Shown: positions 1-11,112 of the stretch, in pieces | Layout of the letters: every line of letters begins with the position of its first letter | Position numbering within the stretch: position 1 is the first letter of the stretch | Assembly: GCA_977020255.1 (NCBI GenBank) | Contig: CDROCS010001060.1 | Coordinates: 186,001-249,099 of the forward strand | Direction of reading: 5' to 3' | Length of the DNA: 63,099 bases | Source of the DNA: Obrimoposthia wandeli | Lineage: Eukaryota | Translations under genes and position numbers: made by a program | The notes under the pieces: generated by a model | What the model was told of the DNA's origin: nothing | Databases searched by the model: none | Seen by the model: only the letters and a program-made list of their open reading frames with translations

Positions 1-2582
1 TTAGAAAATGAAATTGTTAGAAGAAGTTTTTCTGCATGGACATCACCTGTTGTTTTAGTAAAAAAGAAAGACGGTTCTTTGAGATTTTGCGTAGACTACA
101 GAAAACTAAACGAAGTCACTCACAAAGATACTTATCCACTGCCAAGAATTGATGAAATATTAGACAAACTAAAAAATGCACAAGTATTTACAACTTTAGA
201 TTTACAGAGTGGATACTGTCAAATAGAAATTGAGGAGTCAGATAAATATAAAACAGCTTTCTCAACAGGAGAAGGATTGTATGAATTCAATGTCTTACCA
301 TTTGGATTAACCGGAGCTCCAGCAACATTTCAGAGATGTATGAGCCATATTTTAATGGATGCAGATCACGTAATGGTATATATCGACGACATTCTTATTT
401 TTTCAAAATATTTTGAAGAACATTTAAAAGATTTAGAAAACGTATTCTTAAGATTACAGGTGGCAGAATTAAAACTAAAACCAAAGAAATGTGAATGGAT
501 AAAAGATAAAGTAAATTACTTAGGACATGCTGTATCAGCAAAAGGAATACAACCAGACGAGAGTAATGTAGAAAAGATTAACAATTTTCCAATCCCAAAA
601 ACAGTAAAAAATATACAGGAATTTTTAGGGCTTGCAGGATATTATCGTAGATTTATTAGAAATTTCGCACAAATAGCAATACCATTAAATAAACTTATTA
701 AAAAAGATGAAAATTTTGAATGGGAAAAAGAACAACAAGAATCTTATGAATATTTAAAACAAAAACTAATCGAAAAACCTATACTTAGATATCCTAATTT
801 TAATAACTCATGTTTAGTTATGACTGACGCCAGTGGTTATGCGTTAGGAGCAGTTTTAGGACAACAGGAAAATAACGAAAAAGATCATGTGATAGCATAT
901 GCGAGCAGAGGTCTAAAAAAACATGAAAGAATTACTCAACGATAGAAAGAGAATGCCTAGCTATTTGCTTCGCAATGGAACATTTTAAACATTACTTATT
1001 AGGTCGAAAGGTTTATGTTTACACAGATCAAAGACCATTACAATGGCTTTTAAATCATAAGGATACAACATCTAGATTAATGAGATGGGCATTGATTTTA
1101 CAAAAATATGATATTGAAATAAAATATAGAAAAGGAAAATCTAACGCTAATGCAGATTGTCTATCACGAATAAGAGAAGAAATAAACGAAATAACTGCAA
1201 ACGACATCGAATTAAATCTTTTTACAATAATTCAAGCTAAATATGATGAAAAAGTAATTACTAAACTTCAAAGCAAAAATAATGAAATTCAGCAAATAAC
1301 TAAATACATTAGCACAAACGAAGTACCAACAGATGAAAAATTAAGAAAACATTTAAAAATTCACGAATCACGATACAAATATAGTAATGAAATATTATAT
1401 TATTTAAATGACAAAAATCTATATTCACTAGTTATTCCTAAATAAATTCAGTGTCAATTACTTCTTCAATATCACAATAGAGCGCTAGGAGGACATTTAT
1501 CATCAAAAAAGACACATTCACGATTAAATTTAAAATACTATTGGATTGACATGAAAGAAGAAGTAAAAAATTGGTGTAAAACATGTGAAATATGTCTTAA
1601 ACGAAAAAATACTTTACGTACCACAAAAATACCTTTAAAACCATTACCTTATCCATCAACCCACATGGAAACTGTTGCCATGGATGTAATGGGACCATTA
1701 CCTGAAAAACCCCGAGGAAATCGATATATAATAGTCTTTTCGGATTATTTTACAAGATGGCCAGAGGCTTTTCCAACATAAGACCATCGCGAAAGTTTTA
1801 GTCGATAAAAAATTATTTTTACTTTCGGTGCACCCCGAAAATTCTTAACCGACAAAGGTCCTGAATTTATAAATAATGTATTAGCGTCAATAGCTGAAAT
1901 TTTTCACATAATAAAAAAGATCAATACAACACCATATCAGCCTCAAACTGACGGGTTAGTAGAAAGATTTAATAGAACCCTCGAAGATATGATGGCATCA
2001 TATACAAACAACAACCAAACAGATTGGGATTTACACATACCTCCATGCCTTTTTGCATATAGAACATCAGTACATTCATCCACAGGAGAAACACCTTTTT
2101 ATCTTATGTTCCTCAGAGATCCTCAAATGCCTATTGAATTAACATTACTACAACCTACTACACAATACTTAGAAATACCTGAATATAAAATAGAAATTAG
2201 AGAAAGAATAAAACTAGCATTCGAAAAAGCTAAACTATTTGTAAAAAACATACAAGAAAATTACAAAGAATATTATGATAGAATAACTAAGCCATCAAAT
2301 ATAAAAAGCGGAAGTAAAGTGATGATTCACAATCCACAAATTAATGTAGGATTGTCACACAAATTATCAAAACCATACAAAGGACTATATACAGTCATTA
2401 GTACCAACGGAACCAACATAACAGCTAAACTAGATAATAAACCAAAATCAAAATAAATAAGAGCACATATAAACAGATGTCGAGAAATACCTGAGGAGAA
2501 TACAAAAGTAAAAAGTCACAAATATAACTTAAGATCAACTAACGATAATACAGTTCTACAAATGTTGACAATAAAAAACTAA
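1..2582 (+). pseudogene. pol: pol of element A: RT, RNase H and integrase, broken by a few frameshifts and stops
   Basis: [44 protein letters not shown] (RT). TDASGYALGAVL (RNase H). H-x4-GH...CKTC zinc finger, AMDVMGP / TDKGPEF / GLVERFNRTL (IN D,D,E) and KPYKGLY (GPY/F-like). ORF pieces 79-945, 975-1445, 1551-1781, 1989-2456. Confidence 0.95.
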
Positions 2583-2628
2583 CAAAAACAAAACTATTTT
2601 GAGTCATCAAACCAGAAATACAATAAAA

Positions 2629-3873
2629 ATGTCAATGAAAGAAATTGGTAAAATAATGATGTTATTGATAATATATTTTACATTAAAATATAACCTACTG
2701 AAAGTAAACGCAACAAACATAAATGACAATCAATCAATCATACAACAACAAACAAATAAATACGACTCAACAACTCATCTCATAAAAAATTTTGGATTAA
2801 TAACAATAATACCTGAAATCACATCAATAAAGTTAAAAATTTCTCTTCTTACAAACAAAACAGGAAATGTGCAAATCACACAAACAGATAGAAAACAAAA
2901 TATAATTATTTCAGGAATAAAATCACAAAAATATACAATACCATTTTTAAGAACAGAAACACAATATAAAATAAGAATTAAGTCGAAATTAAAAAATATA
3001 ACACTCTATGAAAGAATTATAGAAACTCACATATACCTAGCATCAATATAAAAAACAACAGCAAAATATATATCCAAACATAAAATAATGATAAAATGGG
3101 AATTTCAACTAAAAATAGATGACTTAGATAAAGCCCTCATTAGAATTAGATATAGAGGACATAATTCTAATTTTTGGAAAGACTCAGAAAAATAATTAGA
3201 AAATACACAAACTAAAACAAATTTAACCATAGAAAATATAAGATATCCAGAGAAAATAATTATGGACAATAGAGAATGCGTAATCACTAATAAACCAATA
3301 ATGTACAGACAATGGAGTCAAAAGTTTGAAAGTTATAAAAATCTAACGAAATTAACAATTTTAGGAAATAAGATATCCAAACTATATCAACTTATAATTT
3401 TTTGTGGTCGTTGGTCAGCAGTAAAAATTAAGAAATATGTCAAAGAAACAACCACAAAACAAATGCTACATACCACAGCATTTACATCAAAGATTTACAG
3501 AGTTACAAATCAAGTTGAAATCACGGAGAAAATAAGAATTAAATTAAAATTAAAAACAACAAAAACAATATCCTATAAATCATTTAATGAAAGTTTTAAA
3601 ATGCACTATGGTAAACAAGAACATTCAAGGAATGAAGATAAAAAAGAACTTATAATAATAGTTATAGTAATCGAAATAATTACATTTATAAATCAATTAT
3701 CATGGAGAATTTTAATTTTGAAACATACAAAAATGATAGAAACAAAACAACGAAAACACTTTTGCGGCTCCCCAGGCCCTTTTAATATTTATATTATTCT
3801 CAAGGATGAGAATTCTTCAGAATTATCTATAAATACTGTAATAGAAAATAGGAAAAGAAATATAACACAATAA
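2629..3873 (+). pseudogene. Accessory ORF of element A: signal peptide, FN3-like repeats, TM helix and cytoplasmic tail; two in-frame premature stops
   Basis: ORFs 2599-3051 and 3262-3873 share one frame. Hydrophobic MMLLIIYFTLKYNLLKVNA; FN3-like YTIPFLRTETQYKIRIKS and I.WEF...IRIRYRGH...W; TM LIIIVIVIEIITFI. The homologue in C (22283-23456, minus) has no stops over this part. Confidence 0.6.
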
Positions 3874-4078
3874 TCAATTTTTTTTAAAATAAAACCATTT
3901 AAGTAACAAATAATGTTAGTACTATTATGTAAATCTAAATTAGTTAGGAAATAGAATAAATATTAATAGAAGTTAGATATATGTGTATTTTAGGGAGGAT
4001 TTAATGAAAATAATGTTAAAATAAAATTACCAGGAAACGTATCCTGAAATTTAATAATGGTTATTTTTAGATATAAAA

Positions 4079-4447
4079 ATGAACAGATTGGCAAAAGTTT
4101 GTAAAAAATGCAAAAAATTAGAGAAAAAGATTCGAGATGTTTCCAGACAGCATGACGACTACTATATAAAGATCACAACTCAAAATGAATCACTGAAACA
4201 ATTAATAAAACAAAGTGTGGAAGAAAAATTGAATAATGATTTGACAATTGACGAACTAGAAGGGAGGTTGACACATAGTTTTCGCAGAATAGACTATTTA
4301 ATACAACAAACTTTAAGTCAACGATCAACTATAGCCTCATTAAGAAGACAAATGATGACCTATAGCGACATGATAAACTTTTATATGACCATAAATCCTA
4401 CTATCCCAACTAATACAACATTTGATGATGGATATGAACATTGGTGA
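4079..4447 (+). CDS. Small coiled-coil accessory protein of element A (122 aa)
   Basis: Intact ATG ORF. RLTHS-x6-L-x12-SLR aligns without gaps to RLEHS-x6-L-x12-SLR in the ORF at the same position in element C (14908-15189). Confidence 0.65.
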   Translation: MNRLAKVCKKCKKLEKKIRDVSRQHDDYYIKITTQNESLKQLIKQSVEEKLNNDLTIDELEGRLTHSFRRIDYLIQQTLSQRSTIASLRRQMMTYSDMINFYMTINPTIPTNTTFDDGYEHW

Positions 4448-4631
4448 ACAAAACTCTGGTTAAACTATAACCATACATCCTTCTTTTGTACAAATTGTCT
4501 AACTTTTTGTTAATAAGTTTATTTTCATGACAAATCCCACATACTGCATGGATAAGACTGATATTTTTATAACTTTAAGACTGAGAAATAATTATATTAT
4601 TTTATTCAACTAACAAATTGATTAAAGCAGA

Positions 4632-5801
4632 ATGAATATCAATCACCTGGATACGACTCCAGACCAGCTCACTCGGTCAGATCAAACAAAAAGCACAGCA
4701 AAAATAGAAAGAGGAAAATCGGAAAATATGCCAGAAAGGTGGTATTTAGCAAAATTCCTTTATCAAAAGATGCGTCAGTTTAACATTGCATACTTTAGAA
4801 ACAACGGAGGAAGAAAAATGTTTTCAAATCAAACATTTCTTCTTAATAAGTTAAAAATTACCACAGAGGAAAGAACAAGCGCACTTATTTTTTCCAATGA
4901 GAAAAGACCAACTAATATGGCTCTCAGCGAAATATTCCCCGATAATAATTGTGAAAAAATAGATATTCACGTGGCACTAGGAGTGGCCCATTTAAAAACC
5001 AAATCAGATAAGACCTTAAACTTTCTGATGATAGGAAATCATACCTACACCTTACAAGCAGCACAATTAGAAAATCAATATAGCATAAAAATAGGAAGAG
5101 GACCACATCTATTATTTATAGAAAAAATAAGAAAAGCAGAAGAACCTCAACAAATAGCCCTTTTTGAATTAAAAAACGCACAGAAACCAGCAATTTTGTT
5201 CCTCGATTGCGAAATGGTGATATCAGTGGATAAACAGCCAGTTTTAGCAAGTGTTTCTATTATAAATTACATATGCAACGTAATTATAGATACACTGTGC
5301 GTAACTAGAGACAGAGTAAGAAATTACGTTACTAGAATAACTGGACTATCAGATAGAAAGTTACAAGGATGTAGAGATGCTGATGAAGTAATTGAGGAAG
5401 TAATAAACATTGTGTATGGTAACATCATCGTAGGTGTGGGACTAACAAACGATTTAAAAGCTTTACGCCTACAGAAATGGATGTTATTCAACATTTTTGA
5501 TTTAGGAATATCTAAAATCATAAAATCAGAACTAAATCACAATCACCCAAATATTGGACTCGCCAACATGGTGCAGAAATACTTAAATGTAGAAACACAA
5601 AAAGGAGTCCACACTAGCATGGAAGATGCAAATCACACCCGAAAAATTTTCATAATGAAGGAGGAAATGTTGAATAGAGATTTTGATTTGACCGAGGTGA
5701 TGAATCCACCATCTAGCGAGAACAACCCCAGTTCATCGTTCTCACATAAGACCAGAAATCCGGAGTCCGGTACACAAAACTCCCCGATTTTGTTGGATTA
5801 A
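4632..5801 (+). CDS. DEDDh 3'-5' exonuclease (REX4/ISG20-like) with an uncharacterised N-terminal domain, encoded inside element A
   Basis: ExoI LFLDCEMV, ExoII GVGLTNDLKAL and ExoIII HTSMEDA are all present. The 389-aa ORF is intact and ends just upstream of the 3' LTR. Confidence 0.88.
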   Translation: MNINHLDTTPDQLTRSDQTKSTAKIERGKSENMPERWYLAKFLYQKMRQFNIAYFRNNGGRKMFSNQTFLLNKLKITTEERTSALIFSNEKRPTNMALSEIFPDNNCEKIDIHVALGVAHLKTKSDKTLNFLMIGNHTYTLQAAQLENQYSIKIGRGPHLLFIEKIRKAEEPQQIALFELKNAQKPAILFLDCEMVISVDKQPVLASVSIINYICNVIIDTLCVTRDRVRNYVTRITGLSDRKLQGCRDADEVIEEVINIVYGNIIVGVGLTNDLKALRLQKWMLFNIFDLGISKIIKSELNHNHPNIGLANMVQKYLNVETQKGVHTSMEDANHTRKIFIMKEEMLNRDFDLTEVMNPPSSENNPSSSFSHKTRNPESGTQNSPILLD

Positions 5802-6204
5802 GGTAGAATTATTATTATTTTTATTCTGTTTTCATTCTTGTCTAAATTTTTAACGATTTTTAACCAGACATGATTGTGATTAGTAAAACAGTGATCAGTT
5901 ATAACATACAAACAACACTAGTTAACAATAGAAACCAGACAAAATAGTTTTACTAATAATTAAGATAAAAATTATAATTCTGAGGACAAAGACTTTTATG
6001 ACCCGGAGGATTGTTGGGAAAATATTATAGCTGTTTATTTTGAAAAAGTAAAAATATAAATATATATATAAAAAATTTAAAAAAATAAAATAAAAAGTAA
6101 ATAAGAATTAATTAACTAAAGAATTAATTAAGAACTTTCCTTAATTAGGGAAAGGTTCTATTTAGAAAATATGTACTTTGGCATTTTAGTCTCAAGAGTG
6201 GTCA

Positions 6205-6256
6205 ATCTCCGACGGGAAAAAAGCCCGTTTCGCCCTTCCGGGCTCATCAGGGAGAT
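6205..6256 (-). ncRNA. Type I hammerhead ribozyme, antisense, in the partial A LTR (6012-6360)
   Basis: Minus strand: AUCUCC CUGAUGA GCCC-GGAA-GGGC GAAAC GGG-CUUUUUU-CCC GUC^GGAGAU. Complete core with stems I, II and III. Confidence 0.92.
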
Positions 6257-7133
6257 GGCTTGTTATTTCTAACTTCGCGGTGGATTCCGCGAAGCCGGAG
6301 ATAACAATAATAAAAAGCCAGGGAAAAGAGGGAAAGATTCCCCTTTCATGTGCCGACGAATAGGTGTGGGACTAACAAACGATTTAAAAGCTTTACGCCT
6401 ACAGAAATGGATGTTATTCAACATTGTTGATTTAGGAATATCTAAAATCATAAAATCAGAACTAAATCACAATCACCCAAATATTGGACTCGCCAACATG
6501 GTGCAGAAATACTTAAATGTAGAAACACAAAAAGGAGTCCACACTAGCATGGAAGATGCAAATCACACCCAAAAAATTTTCATAATGAAGGAGGAAATGT
6601 TGAATAAAGAGTTTGATTTGACCGAGGTGATGAATCCACCATCTAGCGAGAACAACCCAGTTCATCGTTCTCACATAAGACCAGAAATCCGGAGTCCGGT
6701 ACACAAAACTCCCCGATTTTGTTGGATTAAGGTAGTATTATTATTATTTTTATTCTGTTTTCATTCTTGTCTAAATTTTTAACGATTTTTAACCAGACAT
6801 GATTGTGATTAGTAAAACAGTGATCAGTTATAACATGCAAACAACACTAGTTAACAATAGAAACAAGACAAAATAGTTTTACTAATAATTAAGATAAAAA
6901 TTATAATTCTGAGGACAAAGACTTTTATGACCCGGAGGATTGTTGGGAAAATATTATAGCTGTTTATTTTGAAAAAGTAAAAATATAAATATATATATAA
7001 AAAATTAAAAAAAATAAAATAAAAAGTAAATAAGAATTAATTAACTAAAGAATTAATTAAGAACTTTCCTTAATTAGGGAAAAGTTCTATTTAGAAAATA
7101 TGTACTTTGGCATTTTAGTCTCAAGAGTGGTCA

Positions 7134-7185
7134 ATCTCCGACGGGAAAAAAGCCCGTTTCGCCCTGCCGGGCTCATCAGGGAGAT
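7134..7185 (-). ncRNA. Type I hammerhead ribozyme, antisense, in the A 3' LTR
   Basis: Minus strand: AUCUCC CUGAUGA GCCC-GGCA-GGGC GAAAC GGG-CUUUUUU-CCC GUC^GGAGAU. Predicted cut between 7140 and 7139. Confidence 0.93.
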
Positions 7186-7839
7186 GGCTTGTTATCTCTA
7201 ACTTCGCGGTGGATTCCGCGAAGCCAGAGATAACAATAATAAAAAGCCAGGGAAAAGAGGGAAAGATTCCCCTTTCATGTGCCGACGAATATCGTCGACA
7301 TGTGATGTTAGTGTGCGCAAGTGCACAATTCAACACACACACACTCACACAGCAGACATCACTCAACTCACTCACTTACTCACTCAACTTTCATACTCAC
7401 TCACACTCACTGCTCACTCACACACTCACTCGTTTTATCCCTTTATTTCTCCCCATGCACTCTCGTGTGTATGTGTGTTCCCAACTGCTGTTATCTCGAT
7501 ACGGATGTAGATAAATTGATATACATTTTCTCTCTCTGCCCAGATCCGCTGCCATCGGTGTATGTGTGCAGCAGTATTTCTTCTTGCAATTTCTGATTTG
7601 TCTAATCGTTTACCAGTGGAATTGAGGTTGTAGTGCAACTGATTGACTTGTTTTCTATAGTTTGAAGTGGAGCTTTAATTTTTTAAGATTCACATTCGAA
7701 CAAGATAGTCTAATTGGATTAAAAAACAGAAAAAGCTCTGGAAATTGCAACATCACTGTCAGCAGTTTGTTTGGATATTTAAGCTGCACACTGCTTACTA
7801 AAAGGCCAGTGGATAAAATTTGATACAAATATTTTTTGA

Positions 7840-8097
7840 TTAAACAACATTGATTCTAAACAATATTGCTCCTGTATTATTGAAGAATTTTTAGATTAAA
7901 CAACATTGATCCTGTATTATTGAAGAATTTATAAACCAACAACATTGATCCTGTATTATTGAAGAATTTATAAACCAACAACATTGATCCTGTATTATTG
8001 AAGAATTTTTAGATAACACAACATTGATCCTGTATTATTGAAGAATTTTTAGATAACACAACATTGATCCTGTATTATTGAAGAATTTTTAGAAACA
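7840..8097 (+). repeat. Minisatellite of about 39-40 bp (caacattgatcctgtattattgaagaattt...) near the 3' end of the A LTR
   Basis: About 6 units here and about 10 units at 33876-34321. Confidence 0.9.
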
Positions 8098-10119
8098 AAG
8101 TTTTCAGATAATACAATATCATTTGTAATTAGTATTTTGGTATTTTGATATCCCAATTATAATACTTGTACTGATTATCGGAAAGACGGTCACCGATGCA
8201 AAGTCATGCAGAATAAATAAATGTCCAATTTATTTAGTCTAAGCCTGGTCAGATTACTGTTTTAATGGTTTAAGACAATAAGCTTAAATGCATTAATAAT
8301 CAGCCCTAGACCACACCTCACTAGTTTCGAATATTCAAGCCAATAGTGTTCACAATTCTGAACACAGCATAAATCACCAAACATAAATGAAGAAGTCAAT
8401 TCAGTAAAACCTTCATATCAATGAAATCAGATAAGAAATTAAGACCACTAAATACTGTAATTGCCAAAGTCACTCTGTAGGCCTCCAATTGAGAAACCTA
8501 AAGATATTTTTAAGAAAATCCCCAACAAATAAATTCTATGAAACGTAAAATATGGACCTAATAAATACTTGATAAATTCCATAAAATATATTTTACTTGG
8601 TTCTATACACTGCAAGAAATATAGAACGGCTTAATTCATTTTGTGCTAAAGGATGTAAACTCTATTATAAGATAATGTATAGTGAAAACGTTTACTCATA
8701 TATTATTCATTGAAATCGATTGCAATATAACAATAAATTCTTCAAATGACAACAAGTACGTGAACATATAATAATAACTTAAAATATGACGACGTCAATA
8801 TCGAATTTGAACAAAGTTTAATTGGCACAGTGCTAATTTCAATTTTTAAAAGTTTTACATTCATAAAAAGTTTTTTTTTTAATTTTAAATCCAAAAATAT
8901 CATCTGCAATATAACTTATTTTAATGCAATAAATTACAAATGAATGTATTCTTGTGATAAAATTTATAATATATAAATATTAAATCCCACAAATTATTTA
9001 TATGCAATTGTTTTAATCTTCTTCTTATAAACTAAATATTTAAAATTAATTAAATATATTTAAGACAATTGTACGATTTAGTCTAATAAATAACAATAAG
9101 GCACAATTGAGTTTAAATTATAAAATCAAATTTGTGCTATAAAATATATGATTTCAATTGTAAACTATCGTGTTATATTCAAAACAATTAAATTAATTTT
9201 TTTGATATTAATTAAATGTTTCTTTTAAAAGATTTTTTTAATATTTCCAATTCACAATATTAAAATTATTAAGATCGTCTTCATAGTCTTTCAAAGTGTT
9301 TTTTATTTAAAAAAAATAACTTTGTTATATAGAATTTTGTGCCTTACAAAATTTAAGTTTTGTACCAATGCTTTACATATTCATATTTTTGTGCTATATA
9401 TTGTAATCTACTTTGGTCAAAATAATCTATTGAACTTTCATGTCATAATTTAATTTCAAATCAGAAAAAAAAGATTTGCATACTGAATAATTCTTGAGTA
9501 TTAAACAGGTCAATAATATTTATTAATCATTTAGTAAATAAGAAAACAAATCATACAGTTCGACTATTAAATATTTCCTAAATTTAACATATTTACTATC
9601 ACACTTCATGAAAAACTTGCAAACAATATTCAATTAGATTTCATTATCAATGATAAATATGCCTGATTCTTCGATTCAATGAAATTTCCGAAATAATAAA
9701 TTCACTTGAGTGCATTTAAAACATTTTATAAAACATCAGGTTTTCTTATTATTCGCACTACAAACTTATTTCTTTTACTGAATCGATAATCTGTATTGGC
9801 TAAACATTATTAAAAAGTTTATTTTTATTTCTTATCATTCTTAACTTTCAGTAACTCGAAATATTTTATAAACCAATAAAATATCTCAATGCCCAAGACT
9901 ACAAAAAAAATTATATTCACATAAAATTATATTTTGAACAATGTAATTCCGTCACTAATGTATCTTCAATTAGGGTATATGTTAATTACTGACTAATTAT
10001 TTGAACTGGTTTTAAACTAATATTTAAATGGACAATTTAAACTATATTTGTTAATCTATTTTTTTCGATTTATACAGAATATTTTACTATATATTTATAC
10101 AATATATTTTTCTTTTAAT

Positions 10120-11112
10120 ATGAATAATATTTGGAAATATTTAAAAGACCACAATTTAGAAATTGATGTATCGTATGTATCTCCACTATTAAAGTGCTCA
10201 ATGTGTTCCTCAATCCTGAGGCAGCCCATGGGGGCTGTTTGTGGATGCGTGTTCTGTGACGATTGTATCCACAAATATCTCGGGGAAGACTTGAAGCCAT
10301 GCCCGGGTTGTATCATGGATAACATCACAACAGAAATAAGTTACGGCCGCGATATTGTGCAATGTAGGAAGTCCACGAGGGAAATAAACAAGCTTGCTGT
10401 CACTTGCCCACACGATGGATGCGAGGAGAAATGCGAGTTGCTGCAGCTGATGGATCACATTGTATCTTGCCCTGTGTCGAAGTCCGGCTGCATTTTCAGC
10501 AGCATCGGATGTATGAGTGCGCAGTTTAATTCGCTGGAGCTGAACAAGCATCTCGATGAAGGAAGAATGGCGCATTATCGGATTATTGTCGAGACTCTGT
10601 GTCTGCTCAAGAACGGTTTCGAGTCACTGCAGGCGGAGCGAGGAGACGAGTCTGTCATCAGAAATGAGACGGATAAGCTGAAAGAAGACAACACAGAGTT
10701 GAGAGTTGCGTGTGAAGCGAGAGATAACGAATCCAAGGCGGCGATTGATGCGATTGTGGCGGAGGTGGCGGCTCTGAGAACGGAGAATGTTGAGAAGAAG
10801 AAGAAATTAGAGCTGAGAGAGGCAGAAATGAAGAAGGATAAAGAAGAAAGCTGGAGAGAAATTGAACAGTTGCAGAAGAAAGTTGAGAGATTGAGAGAGG
10901 ATAATGGGAAGATGAGTCAAACAATCAAAGAGAACAAAGATAATATCGATGGTGTGCGGAGGGAAATGAAGGAAGATATAAAGAGGGTTACTGAATCAAA
11001 TTCTGAGGATAATACGAAATGGCAGACGGAGATTGACGAGAAGAAATCGGACTTAGAGAAAATGAGAAAGGAAATTGGCGAATTAAGAGCGACTCTGGCG
11101 ACATCTCGGTGA
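10120..11112 (+). CDS. TRAF: TRAF-like protein copy 1: RING, TRAF zinc fingers and coiled coil; MATH domain deleted
   Basis: CSMC...CGCVFCDDC...CPGC RING; CPHDGC...HIVSCP and CIFSSIGC...H zinc fingers; long heptad region. ATG at 10120 (the track's 10048 start is TTG). The ORF ends at a deletion junction relative to copy 2. Confidence 0.8.
   Translation: MNNIWKYLKDHNLEIDVSYVSPLLKCSMCSSILRQPMGAVCGCVFCDDCIHKYLGEDLKPCPGCIMDNITTEISYGRDIVQCRKSTREINKLAVTCPHDGCEEKCELLQLMDHIVSCPVSKSGCIFSSIGCMSAQFNSLELNKHLDEGRMAHYRIIVETLCLLKNGFESLQAERGDESVIRNETDKLKEDNTELRVACEARDNESKAAIDAIVAEVAALRTENVEKKKKLELREAEMKKDKEESWREIEQLQKKVERLREDNGKMSQTIKENKDNIDGVRREMKEDIKRVTESNSEDNTKWQTEIDEKKSDLEKMRKEIGELRATLATSR

Larger units (their letters stand above)
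5431..7289 (+). repeat. Direct tandem duplication of about 930 bp (5431-6360 and 6361-7289): exonuclease 3' end, 3' UTR and first ~350 bp of the LTR
   Basis: taggtgtgggactaacaaac starts at both 5431 and 6361. The copies are near-identical, and ORF 6348-6782 repeats the exonuclease C-terminus. Confidence 0.95.
1..8164 (+). mobile_element. Ty3/Gypsy LTR retroelement A: 3' part running off the left edge (pol, accessory ORFs, 3' LTR)
   Basis: RT-RNaseH-IN in Gypsy order, three accessory ORFs, then an LTR starting TGTTGGG (6941) and ending TTATAATA (8164). It is followed by CTTG, the same 4-mer that flanks both sides of the solo A LTR at 32150-34388. Confidence 0.92.
6941..8164 (+). repeat. 3' LTR of element A (about 1224 bp)
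   Basis: Starts TGTTGGGAAAA after the short purine tract GGAGGA. Matches 32150-34388. The end cccaattataata resembles the E LTR end cccatttataaca and is followed by CTTG. Confidence 0.85.

Noticed and set aside
7121-7638. Overlapping short ORFs over LTR interiors (also 12886-13071, 15800-16581, 32296-33404, 44219-44684, 56353-56931)
   Set aside because: They arise from CA/ACTC/CAT microsatellites and GC-rich RNA structure; there are no domains, and the frames are not conserved between copies.
7840-8097. Repeat array with short variable parts (also 33876-34321 and 16890-17106) as CRISPR
   Set aside because: The variable parts are about 9 nt and recur; it is an LTR minisatellite.
10048-10119. 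N-terminal hydrophobic extension of TRAF in the ORF track (also 36271-36342)
   Set aside because: It starts at TTG in AT-rich upstream DNA; the first ATG coincides with the compositional shift.
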